Notes under the pieces: model-generated | The model's database searches: none | Seen by the model: only the letters and a program-made list of their open reading frames with translations | Told to the model about the DNA's origin: nothing | Made by a program: the position numbers and the translations under genes | From: Felis catus | Taxonomy: Eukaryota | DNA: 64,000 nt | Direction of reading: 5' to 3' | Assembly (NCBI RefSeq): GCF_018350175.1 | Contig: NC_058368.1 | Location: 29,576,001 to 29,640,000 of the forward strand | Shown: in pieces, positions 34,087 to 47,388 of the stretch | Layout of the letters: every line of letters begins with the position of its first letter | How positions within the stretch are numbered: the stretch's first letter is position 1

Positions 34087-35542
34087 ATTCTATTCCTATT
34101 TCTAGTCAGAGCAATTTTTTGTATTATGTCTATAAAATATGAAGGCTTTTGACTGGAATTGTGGGAGGTAAAAATGTGTGTCTTTATTTTGAGACAGACC
34201 ATGGCTCCCTTAACTTACTAAAATTTGAGAAGTTTCAGAGTGAATTCCTTTTCTTAATATTCATAGAAGAATCCTAATGATGATGTGATGGAGTTGGGGA
34301 TGTCTGGGCAGGATGTAGAGACTTTCGGATTATTGTTTTGTCTTTTTGATAACTGGTGGTGGTAATTATGTTTTTAAATAATTAGTTGCTGATGATGCAC
34401 AAATTGTTTTTGAAGTGTATTCTTTTCCACCTTTTCTAATGCATATTCATGTATTTTCAAAAGAAAAGGACTTTACTGTAAATACTGTCTGTAGCTATCT
34501 TTTTAAATTTAGCCATATACTATGGATATTTTTTTCATGCCCTTAAATGTTTTACAGGAAAGTATTTCATTGCATGCATCTATTGTAGCTTATTTAGTCA
34601 GTCCTATCTGTTTGACCTGTGTAGAATTATAGTAGGTAACTATTTTGAATGCTGTGTATTATCTACACATGGAATCGTAACAATTACTGTATGATAGAGG
34701 TATTTTTATCACCTATTTACAGGTATAAACTGAATCCAGAGATGTTAAATACTTTGCACAGATTTTTTAGCTGATTATAATGATGATAAAGATAATGATA
34801 AGAACATTCAGTTATTTGCCAGATACAGTGCTCTATTCTTTTCATGCATGGGCTCATTTAATCCCCATACGAACCCTAAATGAAGTAGACCCTATTAATC
34901 CCTTTTTACAGGAGAAGCTGAGGCTCAGTGAGATTAGTTACTTGCTCATGGCCATATTTCCAGCAGGTAGTATCTATGACTCTTCTCTAAAACTGATAGT
35001 TGTCTTATTTTCAACCTCTGTTTATTTGTGAGGAAGTATGTAAAACTTCTAGCAGAAGACACTTCCAGCAAGTTGTCTATCTTGGTTGCCTCATCTCTAA
35101 AATATGGATGGTAATCTCCTTTTATAGCGTTGTTCTTCTAACTGAGATGATGTATATGAAACACACGGTATGTAATAGTGCTCAAGAAATGTTACTGCTA
35201 TAGTTATTTTATCCAGATTTTTTAGATTTTTATTCAGATTGTAAAAGCAATAAATGTGTATCATAGGAAATTTGGAAAAACGTAAAGGAGCAGAGAAAGT
35301 AATTACTCCGTCTCACTATTGATGATATTTTGGCATACTTCTTTCCAGGAAACTGGAATATTTCCCTATGTTTAGATCTTTCACTAGAGGTGATGCCTGC
35401 TGGAATTTTTTTATGGGAGTATCGCTTCTTGAATAATTTCTTCAAGGAGAGTAGAGACTGTGACCTTTTGTACTAATACAGTGCCTGGCCCGAGTAGACA
35501 CAAAGCAGATATTTGAATTGTGCGATTAGAACTTTGGGGAAG

Positions 35543-35725
35543 AGGAACGCATGGGTGGCTCAGTAGGTTAAGTGTCCAACTTCAACTCAGGTCATGATCT
35601 CAAGCTCAAGCACCGCATCGCATCGGGCACAGGGCCCTCTTTGGATCCCCTGTCCCCGTCTCTCTCTGCCCCTCCCCAACTCAGTACTCGTACGCACTCT
35701 CTCAAAAATAAAAACATTTAAAAAA
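35543..35725 (+). mobile_element. CanSINE
   Basis: TSD-like gaactttgg(g/a)gaaga. Confidence 0.85.
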
Positions 35726-35818
35726 ATTTGTTGAACTTTGGAGAAGATTTTTCAGTTTCTTGTCATTAATTACTGTTCTTTGCATTTAAAAATATGATTA
35801 TAAAATGATTTGAGTGTA

Positions 35819-36030
35819 GGGGCACCTAGGTGGCTCAGTCGGTTAAGCATGTGACTTTGGCTTAGGTCATGATCTCACGGTTCATGGGTTTGAGTCCCGC
35901 ATCAGGTTCTGTGCTGACAGCTCAGAGCCTAGAGCCTGCTTCAGATTCTGTGTCTCCCTCTCTCTCTGCCCCTCCCCTGCTTGTGCGCCCCCTTTCTCTC
36001 TCTTCCTCTTTCTCTCTGAAATAATAAACT
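35819..36030 (+). mobile_element. CanSINE
   Basis: TSD aaatgatttgagtgta. Confidence 0.92.
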
Positions 36031-37478
36031 TAAATGATTTGAGTGTAAAAATAAAGATGGTAGTTGTGCAGTATGACTTCAGGAAGACTTGAGTTTATTA
36101 TCAGATGAAGGGATTAGATACAGCAATTAAATGTTCAAGAGAATGTTGGGAAAAATTACATTCTGAAGGCCGGGAACAATTATTTAATGACTACAGCCTT
36201 GAAACAGGTGGTTGTCAAAACTACCAGAAAAAGAAAGTTCAGCAGTAAACTGCCACAACTCATAGTGTCTGAGAAAGATGCCTTCACTGTCCCTCTGTAG
36301 CAGGAAGTGGGAGCTTAACCTCCTCTTAAGGTGGTATCTGGATGTCATGACCCTTTTGAAGTAATGGCTTCCCTTTAAATCTGAAGTCCTTTCATTGGAA
36401 AAAATTAAACTGTGCAGAGAAGATTTTAGAGGTGGGTGATAGTATACAAAATCTTAAGAACTGACAGTTTGGAACAGCAGGGATTCTCATTAGTAATCTG
36501 TGAATACTGCTTTGGGACATTTTTGAAAGCCTTCCTTGTGCATATGAGAGCAGCATTCAAGCACACTACCAAAGTTTTAAGTTAACTTTTAAATTATTTT
36601 TGACTTAAATGAAAATAGAATAGCTTCTTAATAGTCACAGTAAAAGTACCTGAAGTTGGGCTGGTGGTAACTCTGGAGGTACCTGCCAGAATCATTAAGA
36701 CTTAACACTTCAATTTAAAAAGCATATATAAACATTGAAAGTGAAATACGTGTAAAAAAGAATTCACAGAAAATTAGTGTTCCTCCTCACTTTTGTCTTT
36801 TCAAAAAGCTGCTTTAAGTGGTTTATTATGTGCAGCTATTTTGGTGAATGGATTAAGTAGTTTCAAGTTCAGGTCAGCATGTCTTGATACAGGTTGTTAC
36901 TAAGAGCTTTGACTTTGGCCTTATAAAGGCCTCTTTGTTCATACTACACAATTCCTCAGGTTATGGTTGTTTTTAGTAGACGTGAATGGTAGTGTGTGCT
37001 GCTCTTTAGGTGAAACGAGGAACTTTTTATAGACCCTGCGTAAGTGCAGGAACGTGAGGTGTGAATATAGGGTGCTCTGTGGCAGAGGTTAGTTAAGTAT
37101 AGTAGTGTTGATGTATACACTGCTTGCCAGGTCTTCACTTCCGGATGAGTTGAAAATTAAAGAAGCAAAATGACTTTTTAAATTTTAGGATAATAGCTCT
37201 TTTCAGTAACTATTGCTGTGTCATTGCCAGCTACTAGATTTTTGCCCCTTTTTGATAATTATTCCAGCAGTGATGACTTTTAAAATACTGTCACTAATAT
37301 TACTGTCACTTAATATTGTATATGAGAAAATATTGATAGCATTTTACTTTATAAAAATTAGTCATCATTTTAGAGAACTGTAGAGATTCTTATAAAATTG
37401 TTTTTATTTATGTAGAGTTTATTTTTTTATTTATGTAGAATTTAAACACATAAATTATGTTAAAAATACTGTACTTTT

Positions 37479-37670
37479 GGGTTGCCTGGGTGGCTCAGTC
37501 AGTTGGGTGTCTGACTCTTGATTTTGGCTCTTTGATTTTTGAGGTCATAATCTCACAGTTCATGGCTTCAAGCCCTGTGTCAGGCTCTGTGCCATGTTCT
37601 CTCTCCCTTTCGCTGTCCCTTCCCCACTCATGCTTTCTCTGTCTCTCAAAATAAATAAACTTCAAAAAAA
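37479..37670 (+). mobile_element. CanSINE
   Basis: Head, body, A-tail. Confidence 0.88.
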
Positions 37671-38178
37671 ATTTTTTTAAATAGTGCACTTTTGGTCTCT
37701 TTCCCAGTGACATTTCATGTTTTTCTCATTATAAAAATAGTTTTTGGTTACATTTCTGTCCTAAAGAGAGTACAAATCCTCAGAGACCACAACCCTTTCC
37801 ATACCATCACTTCATGTCTCGTTAAAAATATTGGCAGATTTCTCAGTGTTTTAAGTTATTATGAAATGCAGATTTTAAGGATTCTATCACTAAGTGCAGA
37901 TGGTAGAAAGATTACCAGTAATTGCTAGTTTAAATGATTTATCGGGTCTAAAGGAGTCAAAGAACCAGTGTGAATAGGCTTTTCTTTTTGTTAAACTTTG
38001 TATAATTTTTTTTCATATTTACAAAAGTAGTAATTCTTTTCTTAGAAAAAAATTAAAATATAAGGAAAACAAGATAGATGAAAGTGTTATGTGACTGTAT
38101 GTTAGGGTTAAGAATAGACCCTAGGGGATCGACCTTGATTAGAGAGTTAAAGATAAATTTCATTTAAAAAAACAACAA

Positions 38179-38395
38179 TTTTTTTTATGTTTATTTATAT
38201 TTGAGAGAGAGGGAGAGACAGAGCATGAGGAGGGGAGGGGCAGAGAGAGAGGAGAGGGAGACACAGAATCCGAAGCAGGCTCCAGGCTCCAAACTTTCAG
38301 CACAGGGCCCGATGCGGGGCTCGAAGTAACAAACCACGAGATCATGACCTGAGCCGAAGTCGGACGCTCAGCCAACTGAGCCACCCAGGCGCCCC
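38179..38395 (-). mobile_element. CanSINE
   Basis: TSD taaatttcattt. Confidence 0.9.
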
Positions 38396-38578
38396 AGTAA
38401 ATTTCATTTTAATAAGTGAAGCTAATCTAGCATTCATAAGCTCTTCATAATTTGCCTTACACCTTTTCCATCTGTAGTTTTTTACTGTTCTAACATAAAT
38501 CTTGGGACTTGGTGGCAAATTGGTCTTGTCCATACTCCCTGATGCTTTGTGTCCTTTCAAACCTCAGGGCTCGTTTTA

Positions 38579-38603
38579 TTTATTTATTTATTCATTCATT
38601 CAT

Positions 38604-38638
<35 letters not shown>

Positions 38639-38864
38639 TTTTAAAAAAAAATTTTTTTTTTCAACGTTTATTTATTTTTGGGACAGAGAGAGACAGAGCA
38701 TGAACGGGGGAGGGGCAGAGAGGGAGGGAGACACAGAATCGGAAACAGGCTCCAGGCTCTGAGCCATCAGCCCAGAGCCTGACGCGGGGCTCGAACTCCC
38801 GGACCGCGAGATCGTGACCTGGCTGAAGTCGGACGCTTAACCGACTGCGCCACCCAGGCGCCCC
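38579..38864 (-). mobile_element. Young SINEC_Fc-type CanSINE with (ATTT)n-expanded tail
   Basis: TSD tcagggctcgtttta; CpG-rich, near-identical to the copy at 1950-2168. Confidence 0.93.
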
Positions 38865-39189
38865 TCAGGGCTCGTTTTAGGCTGTTCCTTTTGTCTCCAG
38901 AGACCTCCTCTTTCCACCATTGTAAATGCTCCTACCCCTCAAAGCTCTGCAAGGTGTGCTAAAACTCTTTGTTTTTACACCCAGGTGTGATCTCTGCTGA
39001 GCTATTAGAACATTTACTTGCCTCATGGTCAACTTTATTGTAGTATCTTATATCTCACATACTTCAAGATGGTCAGGAACTTGTTTTTACTATTTAAAAA
39101 AATCCACCACATCTGTGAAAATTACAGCTTTTTCATATTGTATGTTTAATAATTAGTGAATGATTATGAAAATGGTAGCATTAGTTGTA

Positions 39190-39394
39190 TTTTTTAATGT
39201 TTATTTATTTTGAGAGAGCACGTGCGCACATGTGAACAGGGAACGGACAGAAAGCGAGGGAGAAAAAATCCCCAGCAGGCTCTGTGCTGTTAGTGCAGAG
39301 CCTGATGTGAGGCTTGATCCCACAAACCATGAGATCACAATGCAAGCTGAAATCAAGAGTTAAATGCTCAACCAGCTGAGCCACCCGGGTGCCC
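39190..39394 (-). mobile_element. CanSINE
   Basis: TSD-like agttgta. Confidence 0.88.
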
Positions 39395-39476
39395 CAGTTG
39401 TAATGTTTATATAATGGTAGTGTTCTCCACTCTCAAACAGGTTAATGTGCATGCAAATGTAGTGATTCTATTAGAA

Positions 39477-39649
39477 CAGGGTTTCTCAAAGGGGGGCACT
39501 GTTGACATTTGGGGCTGTGTAAATCTTTGTTTTGGGAAGGTTGCCCTTTATGCATCCCTAACCCCCACCCCGGGTGTGATGACCAACAATATCCATAAAC
39601 ATTGCCAAATTCCACTGGGAGGCAGAATCACCTCTGGTTGAGAACACTG
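39477..39649 (-). mobile_element. MER20 (hAT MITE)
   Basis: cagggtttctcaa...gcactgttgacatttggggc...acattgccaaat..ctgggaggcagaatcacc..ggttgagaacactg. Confidence 0.78.
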
Positions 39650-39679
39650 CATTGGAAGAAAAAAACATGGATTTCAAGA

Positions 39680-39880
39680 CTTTTTTTTTTTTAAGTTTAC
39701 ATATTTATTTTTGAGAGAGAAAGCATGAATCAGGGAGGGCAGAGAGAGGAGAGAGTGAGAATCCCAAGCAGGCTCTGCACCGTCAGTGTGGGGCCCTATG
39801 CAGGGCTTGAACTTATGAACAATGAGATCATGACCTGAGCTGAAGTCAGATCTTTACCGACTGAGCCACCCAGGTGCCCC
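39680..39880 (-). mobile_element. CanSINE
   Basis: Antisense body; TSD-like caagact. Confidence 0.9.
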
Positions 39881-40117
39881 AAGACTCTTCTTAATTGTAG
39901 CTTATAGTGTGTATGTATGTTGTTTTTGAAGGGTGGCTTTTAAGTAGAAAAATAAATGTTTCCAAGTTCTTGAAATTTAACCTTGAATAATTTAAGGAAA
40001 TGATCTCAAGGGTTCTATTAATTCTTATAAAAGTTTATGACTTGAGGAAATTGCATTTTTTTAATGTTTTGTATATTTTACATTGAATAATACATTTTGT
40101 TTGGTGTTTTCTTCCAG

Positions 40118-40208
40118 ATTGAAATTAAAATGAAAAAGACAGAAGCTGTGAGATGGGAAAAACTAGAGGGGCAAGGAAATGTGCCTACTCCAAAACAGTT
40201 TGTAGCAG
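40118..40208 (+). CDS. SUGT1: SUGT1 exon 11
   Basis: ttttcttccAG|; [30 protein letters not shown]; donor CAG|GTTTGT; 91 nt. Confidence 0.95.
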
Positions 40209-40814
40209 GTTTGTTTTCTGGCCTTGATGAGCTTTAAATTCATATTGTGTTATATAGTTGAAGTTAAATAGTAATGGACTTTCTTTCTGCCTACATTATT
40301 TATGTTCCCAAGGTAAAATACAATGAGTGTAAGAAGATTGCTCTGTAATGAATACAAACTAGCTTTTCATGTGAAGGTTCTAACTTCTTACACTCAATAC
40401 AAATGAATGGGGACAAAAACCCTGAGGGAGTTGGGATTTATTGTTTACCAAGTTAATGTAGGATATCATTTGGGGGTTGTTTTCGTGTGTTGCCCTTCCC
40501 TATTACTTCTTTTTGGGTTGCAAGTGAATTAGTGGTTTATTCTCCTGAAATAGTCTCTCTTCTTCCCTTTCCCTTTTATTTCTTTTCTTTCTCTTTCTTT
40601 TTATAGAATAATATAGAATATATTGTCAACTCTAATTTCCTGGAATTTCAGGGCTTGACAGTGTAAAGTATCTAACCCATTTCACTATATTGCTCTTTTA
40701 GTACAAGTGCTCATAAATAGGTCATGAAGACAGAAAAGCCCAGGAGAAGAGTAGAAAACTAGGGTCGATTGTTTTTAACCCTTTAAGGGACAGGCTACTT
40801 TATATTGGGTCAAT

Positions 40815-41198
40815 TTTTTTTCTTTCTATTTTTAAAAAATGTGTTAAATGTAATTTAATTTTTTAAATTTACATCCAAGTTAGTTAGCATATAGTGCAAC
40901 AATGATTTACCCATTTAGCCCATCCCTCCTCCCACAGCCCCTCCAGTAACCCTCTGTTTGTTCTCCATATTTAAGAGTCTTTTATGTTTTGTCCCCCTCC
41001 CTGTTTATATTATTTTTGCTTCCCTTCCCTTGTGTTCATCTGTTCTGTGTCTTAAAAGTCCTCATATGAGCGAAGTCATATATTTATCTCTCTGACTAAT
41101 TTCGCCTAGCGTAATACCCTCTAGTTCCATCCATGTAGTTGCAAATGGCAAGATTTCATTCTTTTTGATTGCTGAGTAATACTCCATTATATATATAT
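40815..41198 (-). mobile_element. 5'-truncated felid L1 3' end
   Basis: L1 3'UTR antisense text shared with 48650-49260; TSD-like ta(t/c)attgggtca(a/g)tttt at 40801 and 41201. Confidence 0.85.
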
Positions 41199-42760
41199 AT
41201 TACATTGGGTCAGTTTTAAGTATATGCAGTAGACAGGTATTTTTCTAATGGAATGTTTAATATGCTAGACACTCCTAGAACTACAGTCTAAGAGTGTATT
41301 TTACAGCATTGACCTCATTAATGGGAGGAGAAAAATTTCTTTTTGATTAACGTTCCAATTTGATGACCAAAATGAGCTAACATTGTGTTTCAGCCACTTT
41401 TAGATTTTTCACTGCCTTCTTCTGTGACAGAAAACACATTTCCCTGTGGCACCTTTTAGAAAACCCTGAGTTAGCCAATAGATCATTTATTTTATTTTAG
41501 TTTTATTTTGAAAGTTGCAGAAATACTAAGAGTTTTCATGTGCCCTTCACCTGGCTTCCCTGCATGAGAGCATCATAACTAGTCTATAGTGTAATTAGCA
41601 AAACCAGGAAATTGACACCAACAGATAGTTTTTATATTGAAGTATTTGAAGTTGGTATTTAAGCTCTTAAACTTCTGCTTTCACACTTTATTTGAAAGAC
41701 ATAGGAAAGATGCTATGTATTTCTTTTGGGGCTGACTCTCTGGGATTTGGGGGCTGAGGTTTATATATATAGTTCAAGTATTTTTTTTAAAGAAACACTT
41801 TAAATGTCGTATATCACTGAATTCTAACAACAGCCCTCTGAATTAGGCAGCCCTGTTTTATAGGCTCAGAGAAGAAGCAGATTGCTTAAGATCACCTGGC
41901 AATTTTCATTGTCGAGGACTAAACCCTGGTCTTCAGGATCTGGGTCTGGTTCTTACATAAACTCTGTATGTGATACTGGTTGTTCCTGCATCTTCTAACA
42001 GTGGAAAATCTGCTGACATGAGTATCTTTGCAATTGTTTGATATTATAATGAATGAGCAAGGAAGTTAGGTTACCATCCCTCAGTAGTTTATCTTTCATC
42101 TATAGGTGTTAAAATTTTTCTGAGATTAAATCTAAAGATTTTTAGTGTTACAGTTGCAGAGTTTTTCTAAACACGGTGCCTTGGATATTTCAGATGTTAT
42201 TCCTCCTGTCCTGGTATATTTTTGTAAGGAATTAATATGCTTGTCAGATTCCTGTGTCCTGCAAGCTGGAGACTGCAGATAAGGGCAAGTTGCTTAACAC
42301 GTTTGAGCCAGTTTTCTTGTGTGTAAAGTGGAAGTTAGAATCTGTGTTTTCATTCTCTGGGGAGTCAGCATTAGGATTAATTAAACCCATGCTTTTTTAG
42401 GCTCTTAATTTACTGTAACCTGCATTGTTTTGTTTGTTTGTTTTCTTTGGCTACTAGTGAAAATGTACATAGATCAAGAGGGGATTACTCGTAGAGGAAG
42501 AGTAGATTGGAAAACCATATGCTTAACCTAAATAAAACTGTGTGAGGTATTATGTATGGTTTGGTTTAGTTTTGCTGGGAGATAGATAGGGAGAAAGTTG
42601 GTTTATAGGCGAAGAGAAAGGATGGAACAACAAAATGAACAGTTAGTGGTTTCTCATTTCTGAACTATTTTGAGGAACGGGAGATAGAGAAGCAGTAGAG
42701 GAAGAGGGACATTCAGTGTGTCCTAATATATTTATAATAAATAATAAATACATATATATA

Positions 42761-42942
42761 TTTTTTAACGTTTATTTTTGAGAGAGCGCATGAGCGAGGG
42801 AGGGGCAGAGCCAGGGAGGGACACAGAATCTGAAGCAGGCTCCAGGCTCTGAGCTGTCAGCACAGAGCCTGACCTAGGGCTCGAACTCACAAGCCCTGAG
42901 ATCTTGTCGGACCCTTAACCAACTGCGCCACCCAGGCACCCC
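42761..42942 (-). mobile_element. CanSINE
   Basis: Antisense SINEC body. Confidence 0.9.
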
Positions 42943-43019
42943 TATATAGTTTTTTTAGTGTGTCGTAATATATTAATAGAGACTTTGAATCGGGTGTTTT
43001 TTTAAAGCTTTGTAGCTAC

Positions 43020-43322
43020 ACTTTCCAGTATAGTCACCACTGTACGTACTGAGCATTTGAAATGACTAGTCTGGATTGAGTTGTGCTGGAAGTATAAAAT
43101 ACAGATTTTGAAGATCTTATGAAAGGAAAATTACAACATATCTTAATATATTTATATTGATTTTGTGTTGAGGTTGATACAGTTTTGAATATATTAGGTT
43201 AAATATTAAAATGCATTTCATCTGATTCTTTTTAGTAATGTGGCTACTAGAAATTTTTAAATTATGTATGTGGCTCACATTTGTGCCTGCATTGTATTTC
43301 CATTGGAGAGTAAACAGCACTG
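43020..43322. mobile_element. MER33/MER3-like hAT-Charlie MITE
   Basis: tgagcatttgaaatg.ctagt...aatgtggctactagaaa..ttaaattatgtatgtggctcacatt. Confidence 0.7.
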
Positions 43323-43729
43323 CTCTTATAGCTATTATGTAGATTAGTTTTTAATTATTTGTGGGGGGGTGGGGTGGGGTGGGGGGGCTCTTGATTCCAT
43401 TAGTCTTTAGGGTAGTCTTGGCAGTGCCCTGAGCCCCTGGGCTAGTCAGTAGCCTGTCTGGCTGCAAGCAGCTTCCATTAACTTCAATGTGCCCTACAGA
43501 TACTAATGTTTTCTATGTGTGCGTTAGTGGACATTGAGCTCTGGATTATTGCCTGGTGTATTTTTCATCGTTCAAGAAGAATTATTTCCTATCGAAGTAA
43601 TCAAATATTTTAACGTGGGGAGAGGATGGAGTCTTAACTCACTGTCTAATTGTATGGATAATTACTTATATTTTCAGTTTATACTTACTCTGAAAGATAC
43701 AGGAGTACCTCAGAAAAACTAAGCCACAT

Positions 43730-43781
43730 TTTTTATTTAAAGTTTATTTGTTTTGAGAGAGCACATGAGCAGGTGAAGGGC

Positions 43782-43812
<31 letters not shown>

Positions 43813-43957
43813 GAGAGAGAGACAGAATCCCAAACAGGCTCTGCATGATCAGTGTGCGGATCCTGACACAGGGCTCAAACTCATGAAACCATGAAATTAT
43901 GATTTCAGCCAAAATCAAGAGTCAGATGCTTAACCAACTGAGCCATCCAAGCACCCC
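43730..43957 (-). mobile_element. CanSINE with (GA)n microsatellite
   Basis: TSD aagccacattttt; (GA)n at about 43783-43822. Confidence 0.9.
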
Positions 43958-44040
43958 AAGGAAAAGCCACATTTTTAACATTTATTAAAATCTTATTTAT
44001 AAGAGAAATTTCTTAAGCATCATTTTAAAAAACACTATTT

Positions 44041-44162
44041 AGGGGGATGGGAGGGAGGGGAAAGTGGGTGATGGGCATTGAGGAGGGCACCTGTTGGGAT
44101 GAGCACTGGGTGTTGTATGGAAACCAATTTGACAATAAATTTCATAATAAAAAAATAAATAC
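44041..44162 (+). mobile_element. Extreme 3' end of a young felid L1
   Basis: gggtgatgggcattgaggagggcacctgttgggatgagcactgggtgttgtatggaaacc plus A-tail; TSD aaacactatt. Confidence 0.85.
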
Positions 44163-44430
44163 AAACACTATTATTATTTAGTATCTTTTATTATTTGTAC
44201 TATTTTTGCAACTTTTCTATAAATATAAAAGTTCCAGTACACTTCTCACCCAGTCCCCCCCATTATTAACACAAAGAGTCTGTTTTTAATCTAATCTTGG
44301 ATAATGTACCAAAAATGTACACTTTATTTTGCTCAAAAAAAATTCCCAGATTTTACATTATACTAACTGTTTCAGTTTTGATAAGTGTAAGTCTGATTGT
44401 TGATGTATATATCAGAAAGATATTTATTAG

Positions 44431-44627
44431 AGGGGTGCCTGGGTGGCTTAGTTAAGTGTCTTGATTCTTGATTTCAGCTCAGATCATGATCTCACATTTT
44501 GTGAGATAGAGCCCGCGTCAGGCTCGATGCTGACAGCGTGACAGCGTGACAATCCTGCTTGGGATTCTGTCTCTCTTGCTCTCTGTGCCCCTCCCCAGGC
44601 CTCTCATAAATAAATAGATAAATAAAA
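44431..44627 (+). mobile_element. CanSINE
   Basis: Head, body, A-rich tail. Confidence 0.88.
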
Positions 44628-44804
44628 CACTGTCTCTCCCCCCCCTCAAAATTAATAAACTTTATCCAAAAAGACATTTGTTATAAATATGAAATTCAGT
44701 GAACTATAAGCTGTTACAATGTTCTTTATACCACGGTCACAAAGTTTACTTATTTTTGACATAGTCATCACGTGTTGATTAATCACTTCTTTTTTACTCC
44801 ATAG

Positions 44805-44986
44805 ATGTAAAGAACTTATATCCATCATCATCTCATTATACAAGAAATTGGGATAAATTGGTCGGTGAGATCAAAGAAGAAGAAAAAAATGAGAAGTTGG
44901 AGGGAGATGCAGCTTTAAACAAATTATTTCAGCAGATCTATTCAGATGGTTCTGATGAAGTGAAACGTGCCATGAACAAATCATTT
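44805..44986 (+). CDS. SUGT1: SUGT1 exon 12 (SGS domain)
   Basis: [61 protein letters not shown]; donor TTT|GTAAGA; 182 nt. Confidence 0.96.
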
Positions 44987-47177
44987 GTAAGAACATACGC
45001 TTGAAAAAAGCATACTTTAGTAGTAAATTTCAGAAAATTTAAAAGAAATTAGGCAATTTTAAACAAAATTGCATGTACTGTGGTTTTGAATAGGCTTCAT
45101 CTGAACATTTCTTCCCGCTCTAAACTTAGACTAATTATTGAGGAAGTTGGAAACTTGTGGGGTAGTTGAGAAGTAAGTGGTTTATTCCAAATAAATATGT
45201 TTTAGTCATTAAGTTAGAACTTGGAAAGCTTAAGAAATACTCTAATTATGGTAGTTGGATTTATCACGGTAGCTGAAGGCGCTTCCATTAGAACCATGTA
45301 TAGCCTCAGTGTCAGAGATGAAGAACATAGAGGGGAAACTTCCAGAACAGTGTTTGGCAAGTAGAAGGTGCATGTTAATTATTCATTGGTTTGTTAATAA
45401 TTTTGTCTATTGAATAAGAAAATTTAGGCCTTTGCCAGACAACAGATACCACCTAATTAGGCCTCAAGTTTTGGAATTTTAATGACAAGTCCTCACTGTA
45501 GAACTGTATTGATTATTTTGCTTGAAGATGTAATCCTTTGACTTTTACCAGTAGCTTTGGAAATGTCACTCTTCTTTCAAGGGATATTCAAATTAGCATT
45601 TAGTTAATGTCTTAGAAACTCAGATATTCCACATAAGTTACTATGTCATAACTTGTCATGATTCAACTTTTCACTGTTGACTTAAAAAGGTTTTCTTTTA
45701 ATTAAATTTCTTACTTTGAGATAATTGTGGATTCATATGCAGTTATAAGAAATAATATAGAGAGGTCCCCTGTATCCTTTACATAGTTACCCCTAGTGGA
45801 ATCTCCTTGTAAAAACTACAGTACAGTATCACAACCATGTTATTGATAGTTAGGACAGAGAACATTTCCACTGCCATAGGATTCCTTTGTTCGTGTCATT
45901 TTATAGCCATACCCACTTCCTTCCACCCCTTCCCCTCTTTAAACTGTACCACTACTAATTTGGCAAGTCTTTGGGAGATACATAGTTTGCAAATATTTTC
46001 TCTCAGCCTGTAGTTTGTCTTCTTATTTTCTTGATGGTCTTTTGCAGAGCTAAAGTATTTAATTTCAGTGAAATCCAGTTTATCGGTTTTTTCTTTTATG
46101 GATCATGCTTTTAGTATCAAGTGTAAGAACTCTTTGCCTGGTTCTAGATCTGAAAGATTTCTGCTGTGTTTTTCCTTTAAATAAAACTTTTATACTTTCA
46201 CTTATTACATTGAAGTCCATGATCTATTTTGAGTTAATTTTTATATAAAGCAGAGATGTAGGTTGAGGTTTTGGTGGGGGGGGGGGGGTGTTTTTGGCCT
46301 ATGTGTGTTCAGTTGCTCTAGACTGCTTGTTGAAAAAGCTGTCTTTCTTCCCTTGAACTGTTTTTGTGTTGCTCGAAAATCAGTTGAGCATATTTGTCTC
46401 AGTTTATTTCTGGATTATTTCATTGATCTGCATGTCTATCCCTCTGTTAATACTAGTCTTGATTATTTTAGCTATGTAACTTTTGAAACCAGGAAGTCAT
46501 TCCTTCTACTTTATTCTTCATTTTCAAAATTGTTTTAGATATTCTAGTTCCTTTGTGTTTCCACATAAGCTTTAGAATGTTTTGTCTGTAGGTACCAAAA
46601 AATCCTGTTGAACAGTATATAAATTTGGAGAGATTGACATTTTTACTGTGTTGAATTTTCCAATCCAATCTTTGATTTCTTCATCAGTATTGTGCAATTT
46701 TCAGCACATCCTGTACATGTTTTGCAAGATATACCTAAATATTTAATTCTTGTTTTGAGTGATTGTAAATGGTATTGTAAATTTAACTTTGGTGTCCATG
46801 TGCTAGTATTTAGAAATACAGGTTTGTTTGTTTGGTTGGTTTTTTTTTGGTTTATCTTATATTCTGACCTTGTTGAACTCACTTATTCTGGGAGATTTTT
46901 TGGTAAATTGCTTGCAGTTTTCTAGGTAGACAGTCATATTTTCAAATAGGGACTTTTTTTTCCCTTCCTGATATTTGTGGCTTTTCTCTCCTTTTCTCTC
47001 CATATTGCAGTGGCTAGAATTTGCGGCACTGTGTTGAGTAAGAGTGGTGAGAGTGGATATTTATGCTTTGTTCCCCAGCTTAAGGGAAAACCATTCATTC
47101 CTTCACCATTAAGTAGGTTAGCAGTAGGTTTTTTGTAGATGCTGTAGGTTAAAAGTTCTCTATTCCTTGTGTGAGAT

Positions 47178-47388
47178 TTTTTTTTCAACGTTTATTTATT
47201 TTTGGGACAGAGAGAGACAGAGCATGAACGGGAGAGGGGCAGAGAGAGAGGGAGACACAGAATCGGAAACAGGCTCCAGGCTCTGAGCCATCAGCCCAGA
47301 GCCCGACGCGGGGCTCGAACTCCCGGACCGCGAGATCGTGACCTGGCTGAAGTCAGACGCTTAACCGACTGCGCCACCCAGGCGCCCC
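47178..47388 (-). mobile_element. Young SINEC_Fc-type CanSINE in the old L1
   Basis: TSD ccttgtgtgagatttt. Confidence 0.93.

Noticed and set aside
36975..37148. GT-rich segment with small hairpins, 5 CpGs and an ETS site ACTTCCGG
   Set aside because: Pairing relies on many G-U pairs, and a single motif is weak evidence; possibly an enhancer but unsupported
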